Shown one piece after another: positions 51,280-61,167 of a DNA stretch of 64,000 nucleotides. The notes below the pieces were generated by a model, which had not been told where the DNA came from, searched no databases, and saw only the letters and a list, made by a program, of their open reading frames with translations. Each line of letters starts with the position of its first letter. The stretch's first letter is position 1. Source of the stretch: a virus (Duplodnaviria; Heunggongvirae; Uroviricota; Caudoviricetes); IMG/VR virus record IMGVR_UViG_3300020714_000006; one strand, written 5' to 3'. Made by a program: the position numbers and the translations under genes.

Positions 51280-53028
51280 TTGGCTAACAATAAAACATTT
51301 TCAATAAAAAACGGATTAACCGTCGGAACAACTACTGTCATAAACTCTAGTGGAGTTTGGATAGGGTCTCCAATTGGTTTAACTGGTGCTACTGGACCAA
51401 CTGGTGCTACTGGCCCTGGGGGATTTGCTGGTGCATCTGGTGCAACAGGCCCAATTGGTGCTACTGGTATACCTGGAATAGGCTCTACTGGTGCTACTGG
51501 CCCACAAGGATACATTGGTGCTACTGGTGCTACTGGATTAACTGGCTCCACTGGAGTCGGTGCTACTGGTGCTACTGGATACCAAGGCGCAACTGGTGCA
51601 ACAGGACCACAAGGTGCAACCGGTCCCAAAGGTGCAACCGGACCACAAGGTTACCAAGGTTCTACAGGATCATTTGGTGCCACTGGTGCCACTGGTCCAC
51701 AAGGTGCAACTGGTCCACAAGGTGCAACTGGTGCAACTGGTCCACAAGGTGCAACTGGTCCACAAGGTGCAACTGGACCAACTGGTGCAACTGGTCCACA
51801 AGGTGCAACCGGAACAGCCGGTGCTACTGGACCAATTGGGGCAATTGGCGCATCCGGTGCAACAGGTCCAAAAGGTGCTACTGGCGCAACAGGACCTGCT
51901 GGTCCACGCGGTTCTACTGGTGCAACAGGTCCACAAGGCATAGATGGCGCCACTGGCGCCACTGGTCCAGTAGGTTCTACGGGTTCTACAGGTGCTACTG
52001 GCCCAAGTGGTTCTACAGGTGCTACTGGACCGCAAGGAGCCACAGGTGCTACTGGCCCAAATGGTGCTACAGGTGCTACTGGACCAATTGGGGCGACTGG
52101 CGCATCTGGATATCAAGGTGCTACTGGAACACCAGGTGCTGATGGACAAATTGGTGCAACTGGCGCAACAGGACCACAAGGACTTCAAGGATCTACTGGA
52201 TTAACTGGTGCTACTGGTTCTAAAGGTGCTACTGGAGCATCTGGATTAACTGGTTCTACGGGTTTAATTGGTGCCACAGGACCACAAGGTTCTACTGGTG
52301 TGACCGGTGCAACTGGTCCAATTGGGGCATCTGGCGCAACTGGTGCAACTGGTCCACAAGGTGCAACTGGTCCACAAGGTGCAACTGGTTCAACAGGGCC
52401 ATTAGGTGCAACAGGTCCAAATGGTGCAACTGGTGCAACCGGACCGATTGGTGCAACTGGTGATACTGGGCCAATAGGTGCTACTGGTGATATTGGGCCA
52501 ATAGGTGCTACTGGCGCATCTGGTGCTATTGGTCCAATAGGTGCTACTGGTGCTACTGGGCCGCAAGGAGTTGCTGGTGCAGATGGATCATTTGTATATA
52601 ATTCAAATGCTCAAGTAAATTCATTGGGGGTTGGGACTGCTGCATCTACTAATACTGGTGAAATTAGAGCAACTAGTACTATTACTTCATTCTTTTCTGA
52701 TATTAGACTTAAAGATAATATAGAAATTATTACTAACGCACTAGACGCAATTGATAAAATACGAGGTGTTAAATATACACAGAATAAATTTGCAGAACAA
52801 TTTGGGTATAATAATTATGAACAACAAGTAGGGGTTATTGCACAAGAAATGCAAAAAGTACTACCAGAAGTAGTTAAACCAGCTCCGTTTGATATAGATA
52901 TACATGGAAATAGCAAATCTGGTGAGAATTATTTAACTGTTCAATATGAAAAAATAGTCCCGCTATTAATCCAAGCTATTAAAGAACAACAATCTGCAAT
53001 AGATTTATTACTACAGTATATAAAATAA
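51280..53028 (+). CDS. Collagen-like (Gly-Ala-Thr / Gly-Pro-Gln) fibre with C-terminal peptidase S74 chaperone
   Basis: About 400 aa of Gly-X-Y; [10 protein letters not shown]...VGVIAQE...[21 protein letters not shown] start. Confidence 0.85.
   Translation: MANNKTFSIKNGLTVGTTTVINSSGVWIGSPIGLTGATGPTGATGPGGFAGASGATGPIGATGIPGIGSTGATGPQGYIGATGATGLTGSTGVGATGATGYQGATGATGPQGATGPKGATGPQGYQGSTGSFGATGATGPQGATGPQGATGATGPQGATGPQGATGPTGATGPQGATGTAGATGPIGAIGASGATGPKGATGATGPAGPRGSTGATGPQGIDGATGATGPVGSTGSTGATGPSGSTGATGPQGATGATGPNGATGATGPIGATGASGYQGATGTPGADGQIGATGATGPQGLQGSTGLTGATGSKGATGASGLTGSTGLIGATGPQGSTGVTGATGPIGASGATGATGPQGATGPQGATGSTGPLGATGPNGATGATGPIGATGDTGPIGATGDIGPIGATGASGAIGPIGATGATGPQGVAGADGSFVYNSNAQVNSLGVGTAASTNTGEIRATSTITSFFSDIRLKDNIEIITNALDAIDKIRGVKYTQNKFAEQFGYNNYEQQVGVIAQEMQKVLPEVVKPAPFDIDIHGNSKSGENYLTVQYEKIVPLLIQAIKEQQSAIDLLLQYIK
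51370..52590 (+). repeat. Collagen-coding 9-bp-period repeats (GGTGCNACT / GGTCCACAA)
   Basis: Many near-identical GGTGCAACTGGTCCACAA units. Confidence 0.9.
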
Positions 53029-53029
53029 C

Positions 53030-54754
53030 ATGACTAATATTAATTTTTCTATAAAAAATGGATTAACAGTAAGTAATTATGATGTTATAGATGCTGATGG
53101 AAACTGGATTGGTGTTCCATCTAATTACATAGGTGCATCTGGACTAACTGGTAATAGAGGGTCTACTGGTATATCTGGATTAAGTGGATCTACTGGTCCA
53201 GCTGGATTTAATGGACCAGCACAACCAGGGACTACTGGTATTCTTGGTATATCTGGAAAAGCAGGAACAGGTGGACGAAGAGGTGCTACGGGTCCAATTG
53301 GTGCAACTGGCATTACTGGTGATTTAGGTCCAAACGGTAATATAGTATATGGAAGTACTGGAAGTGTTGGTAGTACCGGTGATAATGGAATAATTGGGTT
53401 AATTGGTATTACCGATCCTGGAACAGGTGGTTCCACCGGTGCTATTGGCTCACCTGGTTTAACTGGGTCACTCGGCGATATTGGATTAGATGGAGTTATT
53501 GTCAATGGTGTAATTGGTTCTTCCGGTGATCCTGGGTTAATTGGAATAACTGGGGCAACCGGTGTTACTAATGCAGGTTCACAAGGATTTCTTGGAATTG
53601 TAGGTCCGATTGGTAATGATGGATTAAGTATTGCTGGAGCAGTTGGAATCGACGGCACGACTGGCCCACAAGGATTCATTGGTGCTACTGGTGCTACTAT
53701 ATCAGGTGCTGCACCAGGAGATACTGGTATACAAGGATATGTTGGCGCCTCTGGGATAATTGGTATTATTGGGATAATCAATACTATCGCTAGTGCTGCT
53801 GGTAACATTGGAATAATTGGGGCAACTGGAGTTAAAGGAGGGATTGGGAAAATTGGATCTCCTGGTCCAGCTGGGCCATTGTTTAATGGCGGTACTGGAA
53901 CCAGAGGTTCTACTGGATTGCGTGGAGTTTTAGGGCAACAAGGTTCAACAGAAATTGGTGCATCTGGAGTAGATGGTATAACTGGATTAACTGGTGCCAC
54001 TGGAACTAGTGGTGATGGTGTGCTTGGCCCAACTGGTGCTACAGGTCCAATAGGATATAATGGTTCTACTGGTATGGCTGGCTTACTTGGAAAGGTGGTT
54101 GTTGGTGCTACGGGTGCAACTGGTCCCAACGGTGCTACAGGTGCTACGGGTGCAACTGGTCCCAACGGTGCTACAGGTGCTACAGGTGCTACAGGTGCTA
54201 CTGGACCAATTGGTGCTACTGGACCAACTGGTTTTATAGGTTTGCAAGGTGGTAATGGTAATATAGGTCCAAATGGTGCAACTGGTGCAACTGGTGCATC
54301 TGGTGTTACTAGTACAACTGCCGATTCTCAACTTTACTCATTAGCCGTTGGTTCTACTGGCCCAACTGGTAATCTTGGGCAAATTATTGCAACAGGTATA
54401 ATAACTTCTGGTTATTCTGATATAAGACTTAAAGAAAATATTATAGAAATTGAAAATGCATTAGAACTTGTGAATAAAATTGCTGGATATCGGTATACAC
54501 AAAATAAGTTTGCAGAACAATTTGGATATAATGATTATTCCATGCAAGTTGGCGTTATTGCTCAAGAAATTAAAGATATAATACCAGAAGCAGTATGTAT
54601 AGCACCATTTGATGCTGATAGAGATGGTAATAGTAAATCTGGAGAAAATTATCTCACTGTACAATACCATAAATTAATACCATTATTAATACAAGCCGTA
54701 AAGGAACGACAAGTACAGATTAATTTTATCAGTAACAAATTACTCAATAAATAG
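53030..54754 (+). CDS. Second collagen-like fibre (interrupted, more hydrophobic) with peptidase S74 chaperone
   Basis: NFSIKNGL N-terminus as in the upstream paralog; Gly-X-Y with interruptions; [10 protein letters not shown]...VGVIAQE...[18 protein letters not shown]. Confidence 0.85.
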   Translation: MTNINFSIKNGLTVSNYDVIDADGNWIGVPSNYIGASGLTGNRGSTGISGLSGSTGPAGFNGPAQPGTTGILGISGKAGTGGRRGATGPIGATGITGDLGPNGNIVYGSTGSVGSTGDNGIIGLIGITDPGTGGSTGAIGSPGLTGSLGDIGLDGVIVNGVIGSSGDPGLIGITGATGVTNAGSQGFLGIVGPIGNDGLSIAGAVGIDGTTGPQGFIGATGATISGAAPGDTGIQGYVGASGIIGIIGIINTIASAAGNIGIIGATGVKGGIGKIGSPGPAGPLFNGGTGTRGSTGLRGVLGQQGSTEIGASGVDGITGLTGATGTSGDGVLGPTGATGPIGYNGSTGMAGLLGKVVVGATGATGPNGATGATGATGPNGATGATGATGATGPIGATGPTGFIGLQGGNGNIGPNGATGATGASGVTSTTADSQLYSLAVGSTGPTGNLGQIIATGIITSGYSDIRLKENIIEIENALELVNKIAGYRYTQNKFAEQFGYNDYSMQVGVIAQEIKDIIPEAVCIAPFDADRDGNSKSGENYLTVQYHKLIPLLIQAVKERQVQINFISNKLLNK

Positions 54755-54783
54755 TTGACAGTGTATATTATATCACATATAAT
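54755..54783 (+). promoter_or_regulatory. Consensus sigma70 promoter with an adjacent late-promoter-like box for the glycosyltransferase
   Basis: TTGACA (54755-54760), 17-nt spacer, TATAAT (54778-54783); AATAAATA immediately upstream. Confidence 0.8.
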
Positions 54784-54806
54784 ATACACATATTTATGGA
54801 GATAAA

Positions 54807-55943
54807 ATGAGATTTCATGTATTAGGGCTTCCGCACACTATTTCAAGTAAAGAATATGTAGCATGTGCATATACGCAAAAAGTTGTTAAATTTTGCAAAA
54901 TGATGACTGACCGAGGTCATACTGTGATCCATTATGGTCACGAAGAATCTGAATTGGTATGCACAGAACACGTTACGGTTCTGCCATCTGAAGATTGGAA
55001 AGTATCGTATGGTGACCACGATTGGCGAAAACATTTTTTTAAATATGATTTAAATGATCATGCTTATCAAACTTTCTACAAAAATGCAATTGTAGAGATT
55101 CAAAAGAGAAAACAAACTAATGATTTTATATTACCATTCTGGGGTGCCGGTGTAAGAACAATTTGTGATGCACATCAAGATTTAATTTGTGTTGAACCTG
55201 GTATTGGATATGCTGGTGGCCATTGGGCAAGATATAAAATATTTGAATCATATGCCATATATCACGCATATTATGGATTAGAAGCTGTTGGGACATGCAG
55301 ACAAGATTGGTATGATATTGTAATCCCAAATTATTTTGATCCTGATGATTTTGTGTTTTCTGACAAAAAAGAAGATTACTTTTTATTTATAGGAAGGGTT
55401 TATGAAGGAAAGGGTATTCATATTGCAATTCAAACCACTGCCGCAATTGGTGCAAAATTAATAGTTGCTGGTCAAAATTCATTAAAAGATTGTGGTTATG
55501 ACACTATCCCAGAACACGTTGAAGTAATTGGATACGCTGATGTGGAAACTAGAAAAAAATTAATGGCAAATGCAAAAGGTGCATTTATTGCTAGTTTATA
55601 CACAGAACCATTTGGCGGTGTACAAATAGAATGTTTGTTTTCTGGTACGCCAACAATAACTACTGATTGGGGAGCATTTGCTGAAAATAATTTACACGGG
55701 ATTACTGGATACCGTTGTAGAACATTTGAACAATTTACTTGGTCCGCTAAAAATATTGAAAAAATAAATCCACAAAATTGTAGAGATTGGGCAATGAATA
55801 ACTTTACAATGGAGAAGGTTTCAGAAATGTATGAAGAATATTTCCAATCAGTTCTTAATATACATACCGGTAATGGTTGGTATGAACCAAATGAAAGTAG
55901 ACAAGAACTAGAATGGTTGAAAAAAACTTATCCGTCAAATTAA
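54807..55943 (+). CDS. Glycosyltransferase, GT-B fold (GT4/group 1-like)
   Basis: FLFIGRVYEGKGIH and EPFGGVQIECLFSGTPTITTD (EX7E motif). Confidence 0.88.
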   Translation: MRFHVLGLPHTISSKEYVACAYTQKVVKFCKMMTDRGHTVIHYGHEESELVCTEHVTVLPSEDWKVSYGDHDWRKHFFKYDLNDHAYQTFYKNAIVEIQKRKQTNDFILPFWGAGVRTICDAHQDLICVEPGIGYAGGHWARYKIFESYAIYHAYYGLEAVGTCRQDWYDIVIPNYFDPDDFVFSDKKEDYFLFIGRVYEGKGIHIAIQTTAAIGAKLIVAGQNSLKDCGYDTIPEHVEVIGYADVETRKKLMANAKGAFIASLYTEPFGGVQIECLFSGTPTITTDWGAFAENNLHGITGYRCRTFEQFTWSAKNIEKINPQNCRDWAMNNFTMEKVSEMYEEYFQSVLNIHTGNGWYEPNESRQELEWLKKTYPSN

Positions 55944-56384
55944 TTCAATAATATCAAAAATTGTTTGTAGTTTTGTTCTAATAATTTTATTAGAAAAACT
56001 ATTTTTTAATCCTTGATGCAATGGCTTGGGCGCTAAATCTATAGTTGCCCAAGCCCAACCACAATGTTCATCACTTAATGTTGGAACAAATTCTTTTTCT
56101 ATAACACACATATATGTATGAAAATTAAATATAGTGTCATTAGATACAAATGTTTCTAATGGAATAGTTTTTATAACTGTTGGATTACATCCTATTTCTT
56201 CATTAATTTCTCTTTGTAGACCTTGCCATGGGTTTTCATTTATTAGATTTGTTCCACCTACTAGACCCCATGTTCCTTGATGTTTTCCAGCATATTTTTG
56301 TAACAATAAAAATCGTTTAGTAGATTTAGCATAAAATAATGCGCCACTACATACTATTTTGTCTGTTACATTACTATTTTCCAT
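55935..56384 (-). CDS. NUDIX hydrolase
   Basis: Nudix box WGLVGGTNLINENPWQGLQREINEEIG. Confidence 0.88.
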   Translation of the reverse strand: MENSNVTDKIVCSGALFYAKSTKRFLLLQKYAGKHQGTWGLVGGTNLINENPWQGLQREINEEIGCNPTVIKTIPLETFVSNDTIFNFHTYMCVIEKEFVPTLSDEHCGWAWATIDLAPKPLHQGLKNSFSNKIIRTKLQTIFDIIELI

Positions 56385-57826
56385 TCGTCTTCCCTATATT
56401 CACCGTCATAACTTTTAACCCATGAAATACCATTCCATAGATATTGCGCTCCAGTATATATATTTGTTTGCCAAACCATTACATTTTTTTGTTGACTTGC
56501 ATTAAATATAATATGCCAATGACTTCCAGTCCATTCTATTATATCATTTGCATATGCAATTAAATCTTCACCAAATACTGATTTCCATGCATCTGCACCA
56601 TCAACATTTATTATATTACCAATGTCTTCTACTATAAGAAACCGTGTCCCTGTGTCAACAGGGCGATCTGTCATATCATTATTAGGTCTTTTTGGGTTAT
56701 ATGATAATGGATCTATAATAGCATCAAATGTTCCTGTACTATTTGGTCTATGGCTACCTATGTTATTATAATCTGGATATGTATCTAAATTACCATTACT
56801 ATCTATACCAGTATTTGAAACTAACGTATCAGGATTCCAAACAACATCTAACACATCAGAATCAAATTCGTTAATTGAAAATGTGCCTACTATCTTTGAA
56901 CCATCTGGTTGAAATAGATAAATCGAACTAATTCCAGCTATATATTTTTCTATATATTGATCGAATAATCCTGTCCATGTAGATGGATGATTTGCTCCAC
57001 CTATGCCTATGCCTAATAAAGTTACTTGAGAACCATGTACATTTATTGTAACATCATCAAATGTTATTTCTTCTTTTGACAATATATCAGTGATTGTTAT
57101 TGTCGAATTGGTGGCATCTATACCTAATCCTTCAATGTACCCATATGGACTTTCATATGCAGTTTCTTTTATATTTGTAATAATTTTAGTGATAACACCA
57201 AGTTGTTTTACTTTTGCTGGTGCACTTAGCCATATTGGTGTATCAACGGTTAATGTAGCAACATCAATGTTTAAATTTGTTCCAATAGGGATAGATGCAC
57301 TAGACCACGTTATATCATCTAAATTTAATACTGATAAACTAGTCCAATCTAAATAATTATCATTCGTTTGCAATTCTATACTTGGGTTGAAAAATATTAA
57401 TATTTGTTCTAATATTTGTAACTTTTGATCAGTGCTAGAAGCCCAAATATCAACTTTCATTGATAATTTAAATGGTGTTGGCATAATTCTTTCAACTGAA
57501 TATGAACGTCCTTGATTACTATTGTATGTATTTGATAATGGATCAACATCTCTATTTCTAAAGTTTAATGTTCCAGTATAAGTAGCATCAGCCATCCTAT
57601 CTCTATCTAACTTTAATTCAGTTATATATACGCTAATTCTAGGAACTGAATTTACTACGTTTTCTGAATTTTGTCGCATTATTGATGCAACTTGTCTATC
57701 AGCCCCGCCGTAAACAACTGGGATTCTATGAAGAGTTCCATCTTCATACTTGACTACAAAATTACTAAAAAATCTAATAGTTTGTGTAAGATATCTTCTT
57801 ATTTGACCATCATAAAAATGTAACAT
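56366..57826 (-). CDS. gp15: Tail sheath stabilizer/terminator, gp15-like (C-terminally extended)
   Basis: HFYDGQIRRY...IPVVYG...PRISVYI...PTPFKLSMKVDIW...QKLQILEQILIFFNP. Confidence 0.8.
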   Translation of the reverse strand: MLHFYDGQIRRYLTQTIRFFSNFVVKYEDGTLHRIPVVYGGADRQVASIMRQNSENVVNSVPRISVYITELKLDRDRMADATYTGTLNFRNRDVDPLSNTYNSNQGRSYSVERIMPTPFKLSMKVDIWASSTDQKLQILEQILIFFNPSIELQTNDNYLDWTSLSVLNLDDITWSSASIPIGTNLNIDVATLTVDTPIWLSAPAKVKQLGVITKIITNIKETAYESPYGYIEGLGIDATNSTITITDILSKEEITFDDVTINVHGSQVTLLGIGIGGANHPSTWTGLFDQYIEKYIAGISSIYLFQPDGSKIVGTFSINEFDSDVLDVVWNPDTLVSNTGIDSNGNLDTYPDYNNIGSHRPNSTGTFDAIIDPLSYNPKRPNNDMTDRPVDTGTRFLIVEDIGNIINVDGADAWKSVFGEDLIAYANDIIEWTGSHWHIIFNASQQKNVMVWQTNIYTGAQYLWNGISWVKSYDGEYREDEWKIVM

Positions 57827-59229
57827 TAAAAGTTCGCCTCTGGTCTAAGTGCTTTAGAAAGACTTTGTTTTTGTGCTTCTCTAAAGTTATATAATGAAAC
57901 AGTCCACGCGCCAGTATACGGGATTGTTTGTTGTTCTGTATTAACAACTGGTAGATTAATGGTAAGTTTTTCAACACCATTTACTAAATGAGTTGTTAAT
58001 AAATCTGGATTATCTGCAATTACATATTCTAATTTAGTTGTTTCTAATTTTAATACAACATATAATGCTGGTATAACATTAATATGTGTGTTAATTATAA
58101 TATCACCAACTGCTGCATTTACAACATCTGCACTAACTTTATCATGATAGGTAAATTCTGTATTATTAATGAAACTTGTTTTTAATGTACGTCTTGTATC
58201 AGAATTAGTCATGGACATTCTTACCGCATCTTCAACTTTGTTCCATCTTATACCATCAAATCTAAATAATCTATTTGGAAGAAAGTCAGTTCTTAAGAAG
58301 AAATCATCGGTAACTGCATTATCTGGAAATTGAATTCCAGTTCCAAAATAATATCCATTTACTGGGAATCCATCACCAACCAAATATCCAGTATATCCAG
58401 ATCTTACAGGTCTGCCATTATTTTCACTAGCCAAGAATGATGAATTACTAGCATCCATTATTGTGTCACTTGCTGTTTCGATAATAGGTGAACCGGTAGA
58501 ATCAATTGCTAATGTATAGAATTGTCTAGTTTCATATCCACTAAATGGAGCATCGGCATCTGCTTGATTTATTACTGCATCGTTTATTTCTAACTCTCTC
58601 GCACGAGTGCTTATTAAATCACGAATAGTAACAGATGTATTTTCACCTGCTGGTAAATCAAGTATTTCAGCAAATTGTTGACTATCTGTCATTTTAGTGG
58701 TTCTTAATCTATATAAATGTGGATACCATGTTGCACTAAATCCTTCACTAGCACGACCTACATCTTCAATAACATAATAACGTGGCAAACTAAAATCAAA
58801 ATCATTTAATGCAAAGTCATCTTTTAAGTGTGGGAGTTCCAATACATCACCACTTATTGGTTTACGACCAACATAATTAATAAAATCATTTATATGAACA
58901 GTCATATATAATGTATCGTTATCAATAAACATCCCAAATTGACTTAAATTGAAATCAATATTTTGAACATTATAATATCCTCTGATACGATAAATCTCTG
59001 GATCATAATGTCTATCACGATTTTCTAATAATAACATATCCTGTATATTAGTTGTGGTAACTGATGAATATATTGGTTGGTCAGGTGAACCAGAAGTTGC
59101 TATTTGTGGTCCTAAATATTTATGAACATATATTGAAGTGCCACCAACTTGAAACATTCTACTTATTTGACGATCTATAAACTTATAATTATTGCCCTTC
59201 TCAGGCTTAAACATACTTAACTTTGGCAC
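57826..59229 (-). CDS. gp14: Neck/head completion protein, gp14-like
   Basis: FNLSQFGMFIDNDTLYMTVH...GRKPISGDVLELPHL; between gp13- and gp15-like genes. Likely GTG start at 59229 after GGAG (MPKLSMFKPEKG). Confidence 0.7.
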   Translation of the reverse strand: MPKLSMFKPEKGNNYKFIDRQISRMFQVGGTSIYVHKYLGPQIATSGSPDQPIYSSVTTTNIQDMLLLENRDRHYDPEIYRIRGYYNVQNIDFNLSQFGMFIDNDTLYMTVHINDFINYVGRKPISGDVLELPHLKDDFALNDFDFSLPRYYVIEDVGRASEGFSATWYPHLYRLRTTKMTDSQQFAEILDLPAGENTSVTIRDLISTRARELEINDAVINQADADAPFSGYETRQFYTLAIDSTGSPIIETASDTIMDASNSSFLASENNGRPVRSGYTGYLVGDGFPVNGYYFGTGIQFPDNAVTDDFFLRTDFLPNRLFRFDGIRWNKVEDAVRMSMTNSDTRRTLKTSFINNTEFTYHDKVSADVVNAAVGDIIINTHINVIPALYVVLKLETTKLEYVIADNPDLLTTHLVNGVEKLTINLPVVNTEQQTIPYTGAWTVSLYNFREAQKQSLSKALRPEANF

Positions 59230-59250
59230 ATTAATCTCCGGCACATATGG

Positions 59251-59267
59251 TATTTATCTGATAAATA
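59251..59267. promoter_or_regulatory. Palindromic back-to-back late promoters
   Basis: TATTTATC-T-GATAAATA, a perfect inverted repeat between divergent gp14- and gp13-like genes. Confidence 0.75.
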
Positions 59268-59283
59268 TAGTTGGAGAACCATT

Positions 59284-60069
59284 ATGACAGAACTACTTAC
59301 AGATACAACCACAACTTCAACTATTGAACGAAATAAAGTTTTTGAATATGTAAAAACAATGTTGGGCAACGGTATGATTGACATTGACCTTGATCCTATT
59401 CACATGGAAACAGCACTTGATAGAGCATTAACCAGATTTAGACAACGCAGTCCAAATGCAGTAGAAGAAAGTTATAGTTTCCTAGAATTAATACAAGATC
59501 AAAATGAATATAGATTACCAGATGAAATCATCGAAGTTCGTCAAGTATTTCGTAGAGCAGTAGGCTCTAGAACTGGTATGGGAGCTGGTGGTACATTATT
59601 TGAACCATTTAACTTAGCTTATACCAATACTTACATGATGAGTGGTAGTATGATGGGTGGATTAGCAACATATGAGATGTTTGCTGGTTATCAAAAGTTA
59701 GTTGGAAGAATGTTTGGTAGTTATATAGAATTCAAATGGAAACCAACTAGTCATCTATTAGATATATTACAAAGACCATTTGCACAAGGTGAACAGATCT
59801 TAATTCAATCGTATAACTATCGCCCTGATTACGTTTTATTACAAGATATATATGCTAAGCAATGGCTACGCGATTACACCTTAGCTACTTGTAAAATGAT
59901 TTTAGGTGAAGCAAGAAGTTTATTTGCTAGCATTGCTGGACCAACTGGCTCTATACAACTAAATGGAAACGACCTTAAAACTGCCGCTAAAGAAGAACTT
60001 GCAGCACTGGATAAAGAATTAGAATTGCTAATATCTGGCGGGACAGGATTGTATTTTGTGTTAGGTTGA
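59284..60069 (+). CDS. gp13: Neck protein gp13-like
   Basis: YVKTMLGNGMIDIDL...WLRDYTLATCKMILGEARSLF..IAGPTGSIQLNG; GGAG SD. Confidence 0.8.
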   Translation: MTELLTDTTTTSTIERNKVFEYVKTMLGNGMIDIDLDPIHMETALDRALTRFRQRSPNAVEESYSFLELIQDQNEYRLPDEIIEVRQVFRRAVGSRTGMGAGGTLFEPFNLAYTNTYMMSGSMMGGLATYEMFAGYQKLVGRMFGSYIEFKWKPTSHLLDILQRPFAQGEQILIQSYNYRPDYVLLQDIYAKQWLRDYTLATCKMILGEARSLFASIAGPTGSIQLNGNDLKTAAKEELAALDKELELLISGGTGLYFVLG

Positions 60070-60071
60070 TC

Positions 60072-60100
60072 TTGACAAACTTTAATATTTTTGGTATAAT
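60072..60100 (+). promoter_or_regulatory. Consensus sigma70 promoter with extended -10
   Basis: TTGACA (60072-60077), 17-nt spacer, TGgTATAAT ending 60100. Confidence 0.85.
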
Positions 60101-60121
60101 ATCCTTAATTAAGGAGATATA

Positions 60122-60766
60122 ATGATTATAGGAATAGTTGGGTCAATCGGATCGGGTAAGGATACAGTAGCAGATTATCTATCAAACTTTCACGAATTTC
60201 GTCGTGAATCATTTGCTGCAAGTTTAAAAGATGTAATCTCAATTATATTTGGATGGGATAGAACCTTACTTGAAGGACGTACAAAACAATCACGCGCGTG
60301 GCGAGAAGAAGTGGATACCTGGTGGGCTAATAGATTGGATATACCTCATTTAACCCCTCGATGGGTTTTACAACATTTTGCAACTGAAGTATGTCGTGAA
60401 AAATTTCATGATGATATATGGATAGCTAGTTTAGAAAAAAAATTACTTACAAATACTGATAATTTGGTAATTACTGATTGTAGATTTCCAAATGAAATTC
60501 AATCTATACAAAATGCTGGTGGTAAGATTATTAGAATAAATCGAGGTTCGGCTCCAGAATGGGCATCATATGTACCTGATGCCTTGAAAAGTGACTTGAC
60601 TTCAATAACAATATTAACAGATAACTATGGAATACATCAAAGTGAATGGATATGGTATGGTGTAAATTTTGATTTAGTTATTGATAACAATGGAACTATT
60701 GATGAGTTACATAATCAAATAAATGATTTTATAAATCTGGAGTCAGATCGCCCTGTCTCCAACTAA
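60122..60766 (+). CDS. gp1: Deoxynucleoside monophosphate kinase, T4 gp1-like
   Basis: GSIGSGKDTVA P-loop, FAASLKD, TPRWVLQ, VITDCRFPNE, HQSE, IDNNGT. Confidence 0.9.
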   Translation: MIIGIVGSIGSGKDTVADYLSNFHEFRRESFAASLKDVISIIFGWDRTLLEGRTKQSRAWREEVDTWWANRLDIPHLTPRWVLQHFATEVCREKFHDDIWIASLEKKLLTNTDNLVITDCRFPNEIQSIQNAGGKIIRINRGSAPEWASYVPDALKSDLTSITILTDNYGIHQSEWIWYGVNFDLVIDNNGTIDELHNQINDFINLESDRPVSN

Positions 60767-61058
60767 CCCCGTCCCTATGCAAACTTCTCTGACAATTTGC
60801 ACAAACAGTCTTTAAATTACTCGGTCTACAATTATTCAAATCTCCATCCACGTGAAACACTGAAAATATTTCAATGTATGGTGATTTGAACCCGCATTTA
60901 TCACAATGATTTTTTAATCGATACCCAGCCTTATACCATCTACAAATCCTAGGCTTTCCTTTCAAGCACTGTTCACATACTTTTCTGTAATACTTCTTTC
61001 CATTTTTAATATAGTTAATTGCAGCTGGTCTACAGCCACATACGCATAGTGGTCTCAT
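60729..61058 (-). CDS. Small Zn-finger HNH-fold protein
   Basis: CVCG, CEQC, CDKCG...HVDGDLNNCRPSNLKTVCANC. Likely start ATG 61058, 4 nt after TGTAAATA. Confidence 0.7.
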   Translation of the reverse strand: MRPLCVCGCRPAAINYIKNGKKYYRKVCEQCLKGKPRICRWYKAGYRLKNHCDKCGFKSPYIEIFSVFHVDGDLNNCRPSNLKTVCANCQRSLHRDGVSWRQGDLTPDL

Positions 61059-61167
61059 CTTGTATTTACAAAAGTTTAACCTTTTTTTCCCTTTTAAAGC
61101 ACTAATATCAGCCATAAAATTTAAAAAAAGCCTAAATATAAGATAGAAAGTTCATGGAGAATATATT

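Noticed and set aside
51222-54331. Long overlapping ORFs on the antisense strand and alternative frames (51222-51629, 51357-52142, 51651-52043, 51670-52188, 53125-54165)
   Set aside because: Shadows of collagen codon periodicity (GGN GCN ACN gives PVAP or WCYW repeats); no SD or promoter.
52690-54720. Possible diversity-generating retroelement template/variable repeat pair in the two similar fibre C-termini
   Set aside because: Differences are not adenine-restricted, both copies are coding, and no reverse transcriptase is in the window. Ordinary paralogous S74 domains.
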